A stretch of DNA of 50,244 nucleotides, filler included, from Streblomastix strix (lineage: Eukaryota), in the NCBI GenBank assembly GCA_008636045.1. It is 3 parts of 3 records of this genome, joined end to end, with 100 filler letters (N's around TTAATTAATTAA, not from the genome) between each part and the next. Parts side by side here need not be neighbours in the genome. Positions count along the whole stretch, not along the records: positions 1 to 16,691 come from SNRW01000775.1; 2 more parts are not named here. One strand, written 5' to 3'. Under the pieces are notes generated by a model. That model did no database searches and was not told where the DNA came from. It saw only the letters and a list, made by a program, of their open reading frames with translations. The position numbers were made by a program, and so were the translations under genes. Numbering within the stretch: the stretch's first letter is position 1; every line of letters starts with the position of its first letter. Positions 1-14,300 of this stretch are shown piece by piece.

Positions 1-748
1 TACATCTAATAATAAATAAAAAATTGTATATTAATGCTGATATTTAATTACAAAAAATTATTTATTCATACAAAATATTTAATATTTATCTAGAAAATTT
101 TTAGTAAAAAATAATTTTTATGATCTCCATCAGGAAAGCATAAAATAATATACTTTCCAATTAAAATATAAATGAATCAAATCATGGAATAATAATTGTT
201 GGATGAAGTTCCCTAATCGTACAAGAGTATGAATTATATTAGCTGAACTCATATATTTATATATGATGCAATTTTAGATCAAATGATATTAGTTATTAAG
301 TATTTAATTCTTCATTGATTATAAACGAAAAGTATAAATAAAACAAACAGATTTACGCTTGAGATGCTGAACAAAAATTATGTGAAACTTAATAATATTA
401 TTTAAATAATAATTAAAATTTTATTTATTGTAAAGTTTTCATTATTAATTTATTTTTGTTTAATGAAAATAGTTTTTTCAATATTCTCTTTTGTTTTTTC
501 ATTATTTTCCTCTTATTTTTGTATTACTATTTAGATTTTCATATTTAATTTGACGTTATATTTCTAAATTTACTTTCCATATGATATTTAAATTACTGTG
601 TCAAGAAAAATTGCACTCAATCATCATTTTTTACTTTCCTTCTTTTATCAGCTATTTACAGAATAATTATTCATTTAAACATAAATTTCTACATATTTAT
701 TACATTTACTATATTTTTATATAAAGTTTTATTTATTTACTTTCTTAG

Positions 749-1909
749 AAGATCTGAACATAAATACATTATAATTTAAGAAATGATAGTTTTCAAATAA
801 TTGAGTCAAAACTGGACAATAGCGGATTATCACAAGGTTTATTTTGTTTAAAATTCATTATTATTCAATTTAAATATTTATTATTTAATCAAGAAATAAG
901 ATTCGCAGACATCTGATACCGAAACCTGGCGAAGTCAATTCATTTTATCGGTTTTTATTTAAGTTATTAATAATAATTCATTTCAGTTCATATTTAATTA
1001 CTAATAATATTAATTTTTTTAATTAATTTATAGATGGGATGATTTGAATCTTGGAATGGATGTTGAAATCTATGGTGTTACATATCACATTGTCGATTGT
1101 GATGAATTCACAAAGGTATTTAAATTTATTTTATTTTTTTATTTATTAATAATATATAATATATTTAGATATACAATATATTAAATAGAACTTCTTTAAT
1201 CATGTTGAAATCCAATTGAATAGAAATGAAGAATTTCCATATGATCCATTCCTTGTTAATTAAGAGAAGACGAAACCTCATCCAAGAACAACTACTACTC
1301 AAGTATAATATTATTAAATATAAATAAATATTTATTATATAAATATATTATTTATAAATAAATTATTAATTATGCAATGTTATTAATTATTTAATTTAGG
1401 ATCCTGAGAAACTTGCATTGAGATAATTCTTGAGAAATGATAGAAAAGTTCTTCGTTTCTATGCTGTATGATAATAAAAATTAATATATTATAATTTTAA
1501 TAAATATATTCATATATTTTATAATATATTCATATTTGAATAGGTTTTGGATAACAGAAATGAATCATTTGGACACACGCGTCAATTTATAATCCAATAT
1601 TATTTGTCGGATGATACAACACGAGTAAATGAAGTATATAAGAATAATAGTGGATATTTAGAATTCCCAACATTCTGTCGTAGATAAAGGATTCCTAAGA
1701 AAGTATAAGGTGTTGTTATGGATGAACCATGAACAGCAACAATAACTGCAGCTGATTTAATGATTGGAAGAACAGTTAATATATTTAATCAACCTTCATT
1801 ATTATATGATTGTGATGAATATTCTGAGAATTATTATCGTACCGCATATAGAATAACTGAATTCTCTTACGTTAAACTTCCTGAATTAATCAATATTGTC
1901 CCTGAATCT
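749..1909 (+). pseudogene. EFHC1: EFHC1/Rib72 (DM10-domain axonemal protein) gene fragment, six exons, decayed
   Basis: Spliced in code 6: ...NDSFQIIESKLDNSGLSQ / IRRHLIPKPG / [27 protein letters not shown] / ...RQFLRNDRKVLRFYA / ...QFIIQYYLSDDTTRVNEVYKNNSG...DLMIGRTVNIFNQPSLLYDCDEYSENYY, i.e. DM10 repeats 1-2. Introns are GT-AG. There is an in-frame TGA at 1730-1732, a disrupted first exon, no N-terminus and no third DM10. Confidence 0.85.
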
Positions 1910-4010
1910 GTATGAATTTATATATAATATGTTCATTTATATATAAAATATTAATTTATATATAAATTATTTAATTATATTTAAATTATTTAATTATATT
2001 TAAATTATTTAATATTATTATTTATATACAAAACAGACATTCCTTGGTCTGGCATCGCTTCTTGATCCAGACATGACATACACCGCCTCGAAACAGCAAT
2101 TCATAGACGTGATGGCACAGCCGTGAAGTGTAAAGGGTAGTTATAGTTTCCTCTCTTACAATATTTTACACTATACTCTCTAAAATTTATTAATTGTTTT
2201 GTTTTATTAATAACACATTATTTATTTAAAATATAATTATATTTTATAATAAAATAAATTTAAATTAAACAGTTTAAATTAATATTCATCAAAAAAATTG
2301 ATCATATTTTTAAAAAATACAAATTATCTGAAATTGTCAATCAAACTCTTAATTAAAAAATAAATAATTGAAAATTGATGAATTTTATTAAATAATTGTT
2401 ATATTAATCAATTTGACTATAAAATATAATTAAATAAAAAAATAATAAATTTTTTTTATATTTTTAAATTTTTTCTACTAAGAAGAAGTTTCATAACTTA
2501 AAATTTTTTAATAAATTTCATGTTATAAATATTTGTTTTAATTTCATTATCAAATATTTAAGTTCCCAGAAAACCACTGTTTTGTGGAATTGGTCAAAGT
2601 TGCACTCATATACGTTTCAGTAATAGCTCGAAATATTATTCTGGAATAAGTTTCTTAAATTTTGACAGTTTTTTTTTATTTAGCATTTCATTCATTTATC
2701 TTAATAAAATATTATAACCAATATAAATATATTAATTTTTTAAAATATTTATTAAAAATTAATTAAATAGCTAAATTATAGACCTATATATGATTATACA
2801 GCTTAGTCCTTGATTCGTTTTCCAATTTCGGCGCGATCAAATAAATATTTCATAGTTAGTTATGGAGAGATTGAGGAGAGTTTTAGTAAAAATTTGAAAA
2901 AATGTTAATTCCATTCAGTTTGTTGGCTTCCTTTGAGGCTTGTAACAGGATCTATTTTAAGATCAAGATGAGTTGTTTCTTCTATGAATGAATTTATATT
3001 AAAAAACTGGAGCTAGTTATTATTTTGGAATTGAATCTCATTTTGCTCTAATTCAAATTCTTAAAAAAATAATTTAAAAGTAGCTGTGATTAATTAAACA
3101 TAAACCAATTTTTTAAAAATTTTAATATAATAAACCGTGCTAGTGTAACTGTAGCGCTGAAATCCATCTTTTTATTTCTAATTATTTTTTTCAATCAATT
3201 TTTTTTCATAAAGTATTGAATATTTTTTAAAATAAATTTATTATTATTGAATAAATAATTATTTATAATTTATTTTATATATTACTTACTTCAGTTACAT
3301 TCAATCAATTAAATCTTGAATTGGGCAAATCCGTTCACATTTGTAGAATTACTATCAATAAATGCAGATATTCATATTTGTCTCATTTGACTTTATTCAA
3401 TTTGATTGTAGATGAGTTTCATGATCTAATAACAGGTATTTCACACTATTGAGTTATAACATCTTTCTGACACGATAGATTTATCTGAAATATATAAAAT
3501 CATTAGCAATTTGTATATTAAAAAGAGAAATGAAGCTTATTAACAGAAATGGCATTGTAATTAAATAAAAAATTGAATACGAACAAAATTTAATAATTGC
3601 ATTTCATACTTTAATTTACCTTTTCAACATATCAAATAACAACATCATAATCATCCTATCTTCCTAGATATACAATATATTACTCAAATGTTGATAAATT
3701 TATTTCACTGACCACTGCAATATATTAATGAAATTTGAAAAAAAATAATTATTTAAATCACGAATTTATAGTAAGAAAAGTAAGATAACACAGCATAGCT
3801 ACACCGTGCTTCTTAGTAAGGAATGATGAATTTTCGACTTCATGGTGGTGTAATTGAAATAATCTTTTCAATAAGTTCGCGTCTGGACTAAATTTTAATA
3901 TGGTGTTTCGATAACTTAATTAAAGATATATTTACCGATTGCATAAATCATGCTGTTATTATTCTTGTTTCTGAAGAAGAATATTAATATAATAATAAAA
4001 AATAATTAAT

Positions 4011-5075
4011 ATTCATATGGGAAAAAAAAGTTGCCTTTTGAAAAAATGTGTATTTTTACCATTTCAAAAAACGCGAAATACACAATTAGAATGTAACAGT
4101 TAAAACGTTCTAGATATTTAATGGGTTGTAGCCTTAATTAAGTAATTTTAAGGTATTAAAATATTAAATAGTGCCTGGATCTGGAGAAAAAAATAAGAAT
4201 TTTTTTAGCATATCTAATTGTTTAAAAGTTCTCAATTTTCTGGATAATAATTTGAATTCCATGCAAATAAAAGAATAAGTTTACTATTCGATTTAAATAT
4301 TATAAGAAGCGAAGTTGGAACAGAAAATTAGAAAAAAAACGCTCGATTTTTAAAAGTGCAAATAATTTACTATATTTGTATTTATTAGCTGTAAATAACA
4401 ATGATAATTGTTGAAATGCATTATAAAAGTGTTTTGAAAATTTGGATTGACAAATATACAATCTTGTTCATGTGAACCAAATTTGTCGATGAATAAATGT
4501 TATAAATATATAATTTAATAGTAAAAAAAATAATAACAAATATAGTTGTTAAATAATCAAAGTTTAAGTAGAATTTGATTGAATGAATCAGACAGAAAAA
4601 GGCGTTTTATTCGTAAAATTTTTTTTGGTGATTCGGAAGTACCTAGGTTTAAATTATTGACAATTGTTATAATATTAGCTTTAAACATACAGAATAATGA
4701 AAATAATAATGTTATTTATGCAAATTATTGTTTAGTTATTAGTAAAACTATTTGTTAAAATCGAGTCTATGGAAAATGTCTTCATTCTTGACCAAAAAAT
4801 GCCTCTTCAGTCCGTTCAAATTTAATAATTTTACATTAAAATCTGAATATAATGCAATTTCTAAACAATTATCATTAAATTCTTTAAACCTGAATTTTTA
4901 TGCAACAAAATAAAAAAGATCGATATCTCAATAACTTTCAAATTAACGTCTATAAAATAGTTCAAAAACCTACGAGTCATAGGTAATAGAACATTAATTT
5001 ATTAAAACCCAAAAAATGACCATTACACATTTTTATTGGCTTTTTTCAAAAGGCGACTTTTTTTCCCCTATGAAT
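4011..5075. mobile_element. Non-autonomous TIR DNA element (~1.06 kb)
   Basis: Left end attcatatgggaaaaaaaagttgccttttgaaaaaa matches the reverse complement of the right end, attcataggggaaaaaaagtcgccttttgaaaaaa (~35 bp, few mismatches). No coding capacity recognised inside. Confidence 0.7.
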
Positions 5076-5387
5076 TACAAAAATTAAGTTTTTAATAGGG
5101 CAAAAATCAAGACTTCTACAAATAAAAATATTTTTATTTGAATTTCTGATATTAGTTAATTTCAATATTTAAATATAAACATAAATTAATGTATCAAAAT
5201 AATATTTAGAATTTTTCTTGAAAATTGCATTCCTTTAGAATAGAAAATAAAATATTGCAATCCAATTTTTATTTATGATTCAAACTTATGAAACTTAAAA
5301 TTAAAATTTATTTGTATTAACAAGAAATATGGAGGAGTACGTGATATGATCTATAACAATGGTGGTTAAATCATAGAATTTTATACC

Positions 5388-8300
5388 TCATTTCTTTTTA
5401 TCTTTCCTCGTAATATCTGTTGAACTAGATGTGCGAGGTTTTGATGATTTTATTTCAGAGAGCTTGTTAGTACTACCAGGTTTGGTATCAGATGGAGTTT
5501 TTACATCCTATTTCTTCAATTTTATCTTCTTTAAAACACTAAGAATTTTCGGAGCACTTACTACTTTTGGTTCTGAAGTGTGTTTAGGTTCATTGGCTGT
5601 TTTTGATGCTGATACTGTTTGACTAGATCTAGTTGGATGCTACATTTCATACGCAGTAGGTGGTCTTTTCTGCACAACAGCTTTTGAAGGCCTCTTCTAA
5701 TCAACTGCTGTAGAAGGTCTTTTTTATTCTGAAGCTGTTAGTTGTTTTGTGATTGGTTTAGGTAATGTTGATGGTTTTTAATTATTTTACAACTTTGATT
5801 CACTCAACAGTTCTTTTGATTTTGTTACGTCTTAATCTTATGACGAGGACTTTTTATTTTCTTCTTCTTTTTTCTTTTCATCTTCATCTTCCTATAATAA
5901 TCTTTCTTATTCAACTTTTTAATTAGTTTCATCATCTTTCCCTTTTTAATCTACAGTTTCATTCTTCTTTTATTATTCCTAAACTTCTATTTCATTTTTT
6001 TGTTCATCTTTTTTCTATTTATCTTCTTCATCTTTTTTCTTTTTATCTTCTTCATCTTTTTTCTGTTTATCTTCTTCATCTTTTTTCTGTTTATCTTCTT
6101 CATCTTTTCTCTTTTTATCTTCTTTATCCCTCTTTTTAATATCTTCTTCTTTTTTCTTTCTTTCCTCTTCATCTTTTTTCTTTTTATCTTCATCATCTTT
6201 TTTTTTTTTTTCTTCATCATCTTTTTTCTTTTTATCTTCATCATCTTTATACTTTTTATCATCTTTATCCTTATTTTTTTCATCTTTATCATTTTTCTTT
6301 TCATCTACATCCTTTTTCCTTTCTTCAACTTCTTATCTTTTTTTAGATTCTTCTTCTTTATTTTTTTTCAATTCTTCAGATTTTCTCTTCTTTTCTTCAA
6401 CTTCTTTCTTTTTCTTTTCTTCAGCTTCTTTTTTCTTTCTTTCTTCTTCTCTTTTCATTCGTTTTTCTTCATCAATTATTTTTTATAATTCCTCTTATTC
6501 TTTTCTCTTTTTCTCTCTTTCTTCATCATCCTTCTTTCTTATTATGGCAAGTCTTTTATTTTCGTTTCTTTAAATTATTTCGTTCCTTATTATTTCTCTT
6601 AATTCTTTCTCGTCTTCTGCAACTCTCATCTTTTTAATATTCTCAATTTCATTCCTAATTCTCAATTTGTATGCTAAGGTACAAAAATTTAAATATGAAA
6701 CGAAAAGTTTAAAAAAAAATTATAAAAAATAAACAAAATTAATACTAGAATATAAAATGTATAAAATTTAAGTTGTTCAAACTTGCATTGAGAGCTCTTC
6801 CAAGTTAAACAACCAACACAGGATATTCTTTTTCAGCTCTTTATTTTGCCAGAAGCTGAAGTCTGATAGTAAGAAGAGATTCTAATTCTTTCTCATCAAC
6901 ATTATTCAATTCCTTATCTTTGTCTTCTTCTTCCTTCACATCATCCACTATCTCTTTTTTATAATCATTTTTCTATTATCCTGATTGACTCAGTTATTAT
7001 CCTATTGTAGTCATTAAAATTGTTGCGGATGATCCTCCTTACTATAAAGCGCCTATTTATATAATAAAAGGATAAAATTAAATCGTTTGGTATTTGAAAT
7101 ATACAATATTTGTGGAATCTATTTATTTTATGGCTTTATTAATATATTTTTTGAAATACAAACCTCCTCCAGCGATGTCAAGTGATAAATAAACAAGTTT
7201 TCTGGCACAATAATATAAAGAAATTAATAATATCGATAAATCAGTAATAAATAAATAAAATTTAAATAAAAATATTTGAAAATTGTAAAAACCTGTGTAA
7301 GAACAAGAATTATACAAATTCTGCAGGAAGACATGTGTAACATTCAGTAAGGTGAACAAGTGTATTCATGGCAATACGTTGTACATAAGTATTTGAACTA
7401 TGTGCACGCTTATTCTTATAATTACTTTCAGATTCTAAGTTTTATTATTCCTTGACAAGTACTAATACATAATTAAATTAAACATTAAAAAAATGAAAAA
7501 TAACAAGAAAAATAATAATATATTTATTATAAAAAGAGTTATTAATAAATACACACCATTTCCAATAGGCTCTTCAAATGCATAACAATATGATGTAAGA
7601 CCGGTCCACAAAGCATCTACCACTGCTGCCTAATTATTTATATTGTACATACAATTGAAAATATATGAATTTATGTTATAAATAAATTATTTTCAAATAT
7701 GTATTTTATAAATAAACTTTTTAACAAAAAGAGTGAGATTGCTTCAGAATTTGTTCAAGAGGAGAAAGAAGTCGTTCGTACGTGGCAACTTGGATAGCAT
7801 TAGGGTAAGAGAAAATAGATTTAGGAGTTTAAGATGAATCCTTTCCTTCAACATATTTATCCTATTTGATTAAGAAATCATCAATAAAAGGTTTTAAAAT
7901 GACCTTAATCATATCCTCTTCAGCCAAGATCTTGCCAAATTATTCTTTTTCTTCCTTGGTCTTACATCCATTAATCCATTCAAGAAACGCTGAGTAAATT
8001 GATGCTTGAAGTTGTTAGAGTTGCTTCAAATTCTACTTTGTTTCTTCCAAAACATGTTTTCTCTCTTCAATTTCTTTCTTATCTAATTAATAATCAGCTA
8101 AATCTGTTTATTACTATGATATGATTTATAGCTTTAATTCAGCATTTTCCAAGATAGGAATTTTATCATTAACGTAACTGAGAAGTTTGATTAAAAAGTT
8201 GTAATGTTTTGATTCCCACAGCTTCTTTAGAACGGTGGTTGAAGAAGATGAAGGAACATGTAGGATGATATCAAGTGCATTCTGGACATGCTTAGAGAAA

Positions 8301-11300
8301 AACACATCGAATTCTTTATCTACATTTTCTAATAAAATATCATCATCGCTCCTTTAATTATTATTAGCAGCTTTTAAATCTAAGTAATTTTCTATCAATT
8401 TTTGAAGTACTGAAATGATTCCATTCTCAATAAGAAGATGGGTTCGGAATGGCGAAAGGAAGGTTAAATTTCTCGTTGCATTGATTAAAAGTGGGAGAAT
8501 TACACTATTTTTAATTTGAAGTTATTGTTTCTTTTTTCCTTCAGGATTTTCACCATTTTCTGTTTTTGAGATAATTTCAACAAGAAGATTTGATATGGAT
8601 CTAACTGACTAATTGGATTCCATTAATTTTGTGTTCGGCTGATGAGATGTGATTTGAACAAGGATATTTGCCAGTGTTAGCTAAAGTTGAGAATAAAATG
8701 AAAGATATGTTTCGTGTGTTTTAATAGAAACCATTTGTCCGTATTTATTCAGAAATTCTTCTTTTGATTTAATAATATCATCGATTTTACCTCCAAGAAG
8801 CGCGATTGTGCGGATTATCGGAACCACAACATCATATTCAGCCAAAAACAGTGAAATTGGAGGAGGGAACGTAGCAAATAGAGAAAGGATGTCAATGATG
8901 CTTATTTTGAGTGCTTTTTTTGCATCCAGGCCATAGAAGATGAAGTCTGTGTAATATTCAGAAGCAAATTCTTCATCATTTTCAATTGGATTTTGACAAT
9001 CTTTATCTTTCTCTCTGGTGCTTTCTTCTGTTTTGAGTTCCTCTTCTTAAATGTCTATTGCACATTAAAGTTGGTCATAATCTGTTACATATTCACCATT
9101 TTTATGTACTTTGAATTCATTATCTTTGTCTTCTTTTTATTTTCTATCAATCTAAAGTCTAGATAATGTTTAACCTGCTCTTACTTGTTCAGATCCTTCA
9201 CGAACAATTGATTTGATACCGCCAAAGGCATTTATTCCAGCAGAATGATTATTACTTTATTCTTCTTCATTTTTTTTCTATTCATTCCCATCAGGTTTTA
9301 CATCATTTAATTTCAATTTTTATTCTTTCAATTTTTTATCATTTTCATCTTATTCTTTTCTTTATTTATACAGTTCTTTCAATCTCTTTAAATTATCTAA
9401 CTTCTTTTCCCAGTTAGCTATTTTTTTTAATTCTTTCTCTTCAAATTTTCTCTCTTTTTCAGCTTATTGTAAGAGAGGACCCATGTGTCTAGCAATCTTA
9501 ACCAATATCCCCGAATTAGCCAACAAGCGATAGAGTTATTGATTATTCATAAAGCTTTTCAACCTGCCATTTTAATATGCTGCTTTGTTATTATCTTTCC
9601 CAAGATGTTTCTTCTTGTCCATCTTCTCTTTCTAATCGATTTCTTCTTATATTTTGATAACAGATCTAATTAACTCCTTTAATGTACCAAGAGTGGCATA
9701 AATAAGAGGAATACTTAGCTCAAAAGCATTCTCATCTTAATCAATATTAATTTAATCTTCATTTTTCTCACTTTCATCCTCATCTTCATCATCTTTTTTC
9801 TTTTGATCATTTTCATTCCCTCTCTGTGACTTATTGTCTAATTGAGATACTTTAAATAGCATATCAGCACTTTAAAGGTCAAGAGAGTTCTAAAATGATA
9901 ATGGTCTTGATTTTTTCTTTCCTTATTCTTATTTTAGCTATTCATTTAGAATTTATTCCTTTTTCTTGTTTTCCAATTCAAACATCTGTTCATTTTTAAC
10001 TCTCAATCGTTCTTTTTTCTTTTCATCTTCTGCAACTTACCAGTAATTAGAAACATCAAACATCTTCCCAAGTTCTTCTAAAACGTTCGTTGTGCTTAAT
10101 TCATCTATTATATATCGCTTTTCAAACAAAATTCTAGCTTTATTGTTATCTTTCTCAATTTCATTATCATTATCTTTCACTTCATCATCCTCATTAGAAA
10201 GATTCACATCTAAAAGTGCTTGGATCACTTCAGCTGTGCTAAGCCTAATCAAAAATGGATATTTGGCTTCTTTCTCTCCATATTTTCCTCTTTCTATCTA
10301 ATATGCACCATGTTTCACTATCTCTGGAACCAAACCAGACTCACATACAGATTTCTTTGCAAATACATTTCCTTCAACCAATACAGCAACCACACGCAAT
10401 GCTGCCCACTTAGCCTTTAATATAGCAAATGAGAAGGAAGAGTAATAGATGTTATTTACTCCAGAAATATTAAATTCACCATTATCTTCATCATCAGCAT
10501 TCTATCCATCTTTTTATTTAGTAGTTTCTGCCAATTTAGAAATTTCTTCTAATTAGACACTCTTATTCCTTTTTTTGCTCTTTTTAGAGAAAATTCCTCT
10601 TTCAATCTAATCTTTGTCATCTCCATCAATTGTCAGCATGAATTCATCCAGACCATCAATACCAGACCAGAATAAATCATCAAACTCGACATTTATTCCT
10701 TCATTGTTTATTGTTCCATCCAAGTTAATATCAGTCCCATCTTCATTTTCAGTATCATCTTGGATTATTTTTGATGAGTCAATTCCATCTGGAAAAAGAT
10801 GCGTTGTTACCTATGTTGATGTTAAACTTTGTCTTTTTTCATGCTTTTTTTCAAGTTTAATTTTATTAAGTTTGTTGAATTCAGTTAAGGATTTCTAAAG
10901 TCTATCATTTTATAAAATAGTATTTATAAATATTAAATAAGTATCTAATTTGAAATTTTATTAAAAACTATTTATTTATTTATTTAATATTTCTCTTTTA
11001 ATTTTTCTTTTTTAATTACATACTCTTCTTAATTCTTCTAAAGCCAAATCTTTAATCTTCTTTTCCATGATTATTCTTCTATTAACTCATTCTTTTTTAC
11101 TATAAATATATAATATTATATAAAAATATGAAAATATTTATAGTAAATCGTTTTATAATATAAAAATTTGTATAATTTTTAACTGGCACACTTTCTTATT
11201 CATTTTATTCAGCATCATCATAGTCTTCCTTCCTTTCACTTAACTACAAAACTTCTTTAAGTATAACAAGCCCATTGTTTTCAATAAAATATCTTTTGAC

Positions 11301-14300
11301 TTACAATGATAAATCATAAGTTTTAGTCTTGATTTTATCTTTTTCTTGATCATCTTTTTTCTATTCTCTCTCAGTATCTATTTCTTATTTATTACGCAAT
11401 GCAATATTGGTGAATTCATCAATTGACATTTGTGGAGCATCAACTGGAGCTGGCGTTTATTTCGATCGAGCTATGATATCAGCTATTCGAAGAAGGTATG
11501 AAAAGAGATCCTGATTACAAAAATAAAAAATATATTTAATTCAAATAATCAGTTATTTCACATTCAAATATAAAAAAATAAATATAAAACAAACCTACGC
11601 TTATATAATATCTTGTCCTTCATTAATAATGTTTGCAAGAGGTTAATGCTATTATTATTTCTATTATTTTTTATCATCAGTTTATTAATGAGATTTATCT
11701 GATGAAGGAGGAGTTGATGACTTAGATAAAGATGATAGTCCATCTGGTGCAGTTGCTGAAAGTTAATTTTTCTCTGTATTTTAATTTGTATCAAATTTAA
11801 TATCTTTAAGTAATCTCCATCTTCTTTTCCCTTTATCTTCCTATAATGTCTCCATAAACGAACGAGGCAAAGAACGCTCCATATAAGGGTTTGGAGGACC
11901 TGAAATGAAATATTTATATACAAATGTATAATTAAATTAAAAATTTAATTTCAAAAAAGTAAATGAAATCTTAATAATTAATTTATATATATTGAAAAGA
12001 AATATAATTTAATACCTGGAAGAGCCAACATAAGTTAGGAGTGCTTAATACCACTTGGAGACATATTTGGTTATTATTCTTAAACAATGATATAAATAAA
12101 AAATAAAAATAAATATAAAACAAATTTTGAAAAATACATAAATTATTTTATAGAGATATTAATAAAAAATATAATATATATTTCCAAACATGCTCCATTT
12201 CTTAAAGGTGATTATGCATTTTAAACAGCTTACAAAGCAACATATGACAGGGCCCTCTGAAGAGGTGATGATGAAGGAAGTTCGTTCTTTATTCCTATAA
12301 AAAAGAAATAAATAAATAAGAATAATTTATATATAAAGAATATTATAGAAAGTTATTAGAAAAATTTAAAAAATTTATTATATAAAAATATTCCCAAATA
12401 ATATATATTTAAATATACATTTTATATAAAACTTTGAATACCTGTCTTATTATCAAACATTGATGCTCGACTTTTTAAAATAGGTCGTTCTATAATATAG
12501 CAAATTAATAAATAGTTGAAGATAAATGTAAAAGAAAAAAGATAATAATAATTAAATATTAAAATTTATATTAATATAAAATTGGGTAGCAAACTTAAAT
12601 TTATCGATCTTGCATCAAGCATTCCAACAAAAGTAAACGATTGTGCTGTTTAAAATGTTTGTGATTCTGCATGTTTATTATAATTAAAAATTCATAAAAT
12701 GAATATTATTACAATTTGTATATTTATAGAATATCTATATTTTGATTTAAATTAACATGAGAAGTAAACAAAACAAACCTAAAGTATTCAAATTTACATC
12801 ACCTGAAATAATACTGTTTGATTTTGATGTTAAATCTTTATCTTTTTATAACTAATTTAAGCCCCACAGATCTTTAATGCTTGATTAATTATAATGTGGA
12901 GACTTTACTTATTCTTCTCTCTTCATTTGCAACAACGCAAGGTTAATTGATTTTCTGTTTAAAATAGATTATGTAGATAAAAAGGATAAATATCACAAAA
13001 ATTTATATATAAAATGAATTAATTATTCATTCGAATAAAATGAACATAAGATAAAAATCATAAAAAAAACAAATTCTATATAATATGCATACGTATTTCT
13101 ATCATCACTATCCCTCGTTCTTGTAGTTAAATGGCTTTTGCTTCTCGCTAAATAACAAATAACAAATAATAATAATAATAATAAAAAATAAACTTATTTA
13201 TCAATTTATTAATATATGAATATAATTTAATATATTAATCAATAGTTATATATATCAAATACTTTTTTCATCATCTTCATCTACACCTAGTAATTTCAGT
13301 CTTAATCTTGATATTCTGGCTGATTTAGCTCTAGTTATAAATCAAAATTATTGAATAAATGTATAAAAATTATTGAAAAAATATTTATAAATTAGAAATT
13401 ATGATAAAAAAAAATATAAGAAAATTCAAACACAATTTTTTTACGTTTAAAAAATATTTATTCAAACCTTTATATCTATTTCCTCGTTCCTAACATTATC
13501 TTCCTTCTATTTTTTATATCTCTTTCATTAATTGATAATTTGAGTTTATTTATCAATATTAATTACAATTCTTCTTCAATTTAGTTAATTAATTATGAAA
13601 TTTCAGAACATTAATCGTTAAGGAGAGGTTGTGATTGCTATTTATCTTCTTCATTCATCTCTTATACTGTATCATAGTATTTAATTAAGCCTCCTTTTTC
13701 TTAATCTCTATCACCTTCTTCTTATTATTCTTCAGTTTTCACTTTGTTTTTCAATTCTTTTTTCAATTTTTCTTTATCTTTTACATATTTCTTCAATAAC
13801 TCTTATAATTTATTTATTTTCTCAGCATCTGGATCATTTTGAGTTGATTCAATAAGCTTATTATATTTTTCCTTCCATTTCATACTATCTTTCTCTTTCT
13901 TTTAAGAAGAATCATGACTTTTCTTCTTTTAATGTTTCTTTTCAAGATCAGATTGCGATCTAATCCCTTTATGCAATGTAGATTGTTTGAATGAATCTGT
14001 TTCATCGTCCTTTTCTATTTCTCTATATGATTAAGAAGCAGTGGCAGTTTTTGGGCGAGTAAGAGCTGCATTTATGTCTATATTATAATTAAATATTGAG
14101 AATAATAATAATAATAATAACGAAAAATAATAATAATAATAATAATAATAAAAACGAAAAAAAATATAATTAATGAATATGAAAATTAAATATAATCCAA
14201 TTCTTTTATTTTAATTGTAAAATAATTAAATGTTATCATACTCAATGGCTCTTTTAAATCACTTGTTTTAGTAAGCCCATTTATCAATGAGTCAGAATCG

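Noticed and set aside
170..390. Coding-like stretch with a candidate intron
   Set aside because: All frames are interrupted by TGA and no identifiable motif is present.
3290..3720. Possible decayed minus-strand exons
   Set aside because: Multiple TGAs and no family I can recognise.
5987..6488. ORF-track K/M-rich and F/I-rich ORFs
   Set aside because: Off-frame and antisense readings of the kinase's KQKKDEED repeat.
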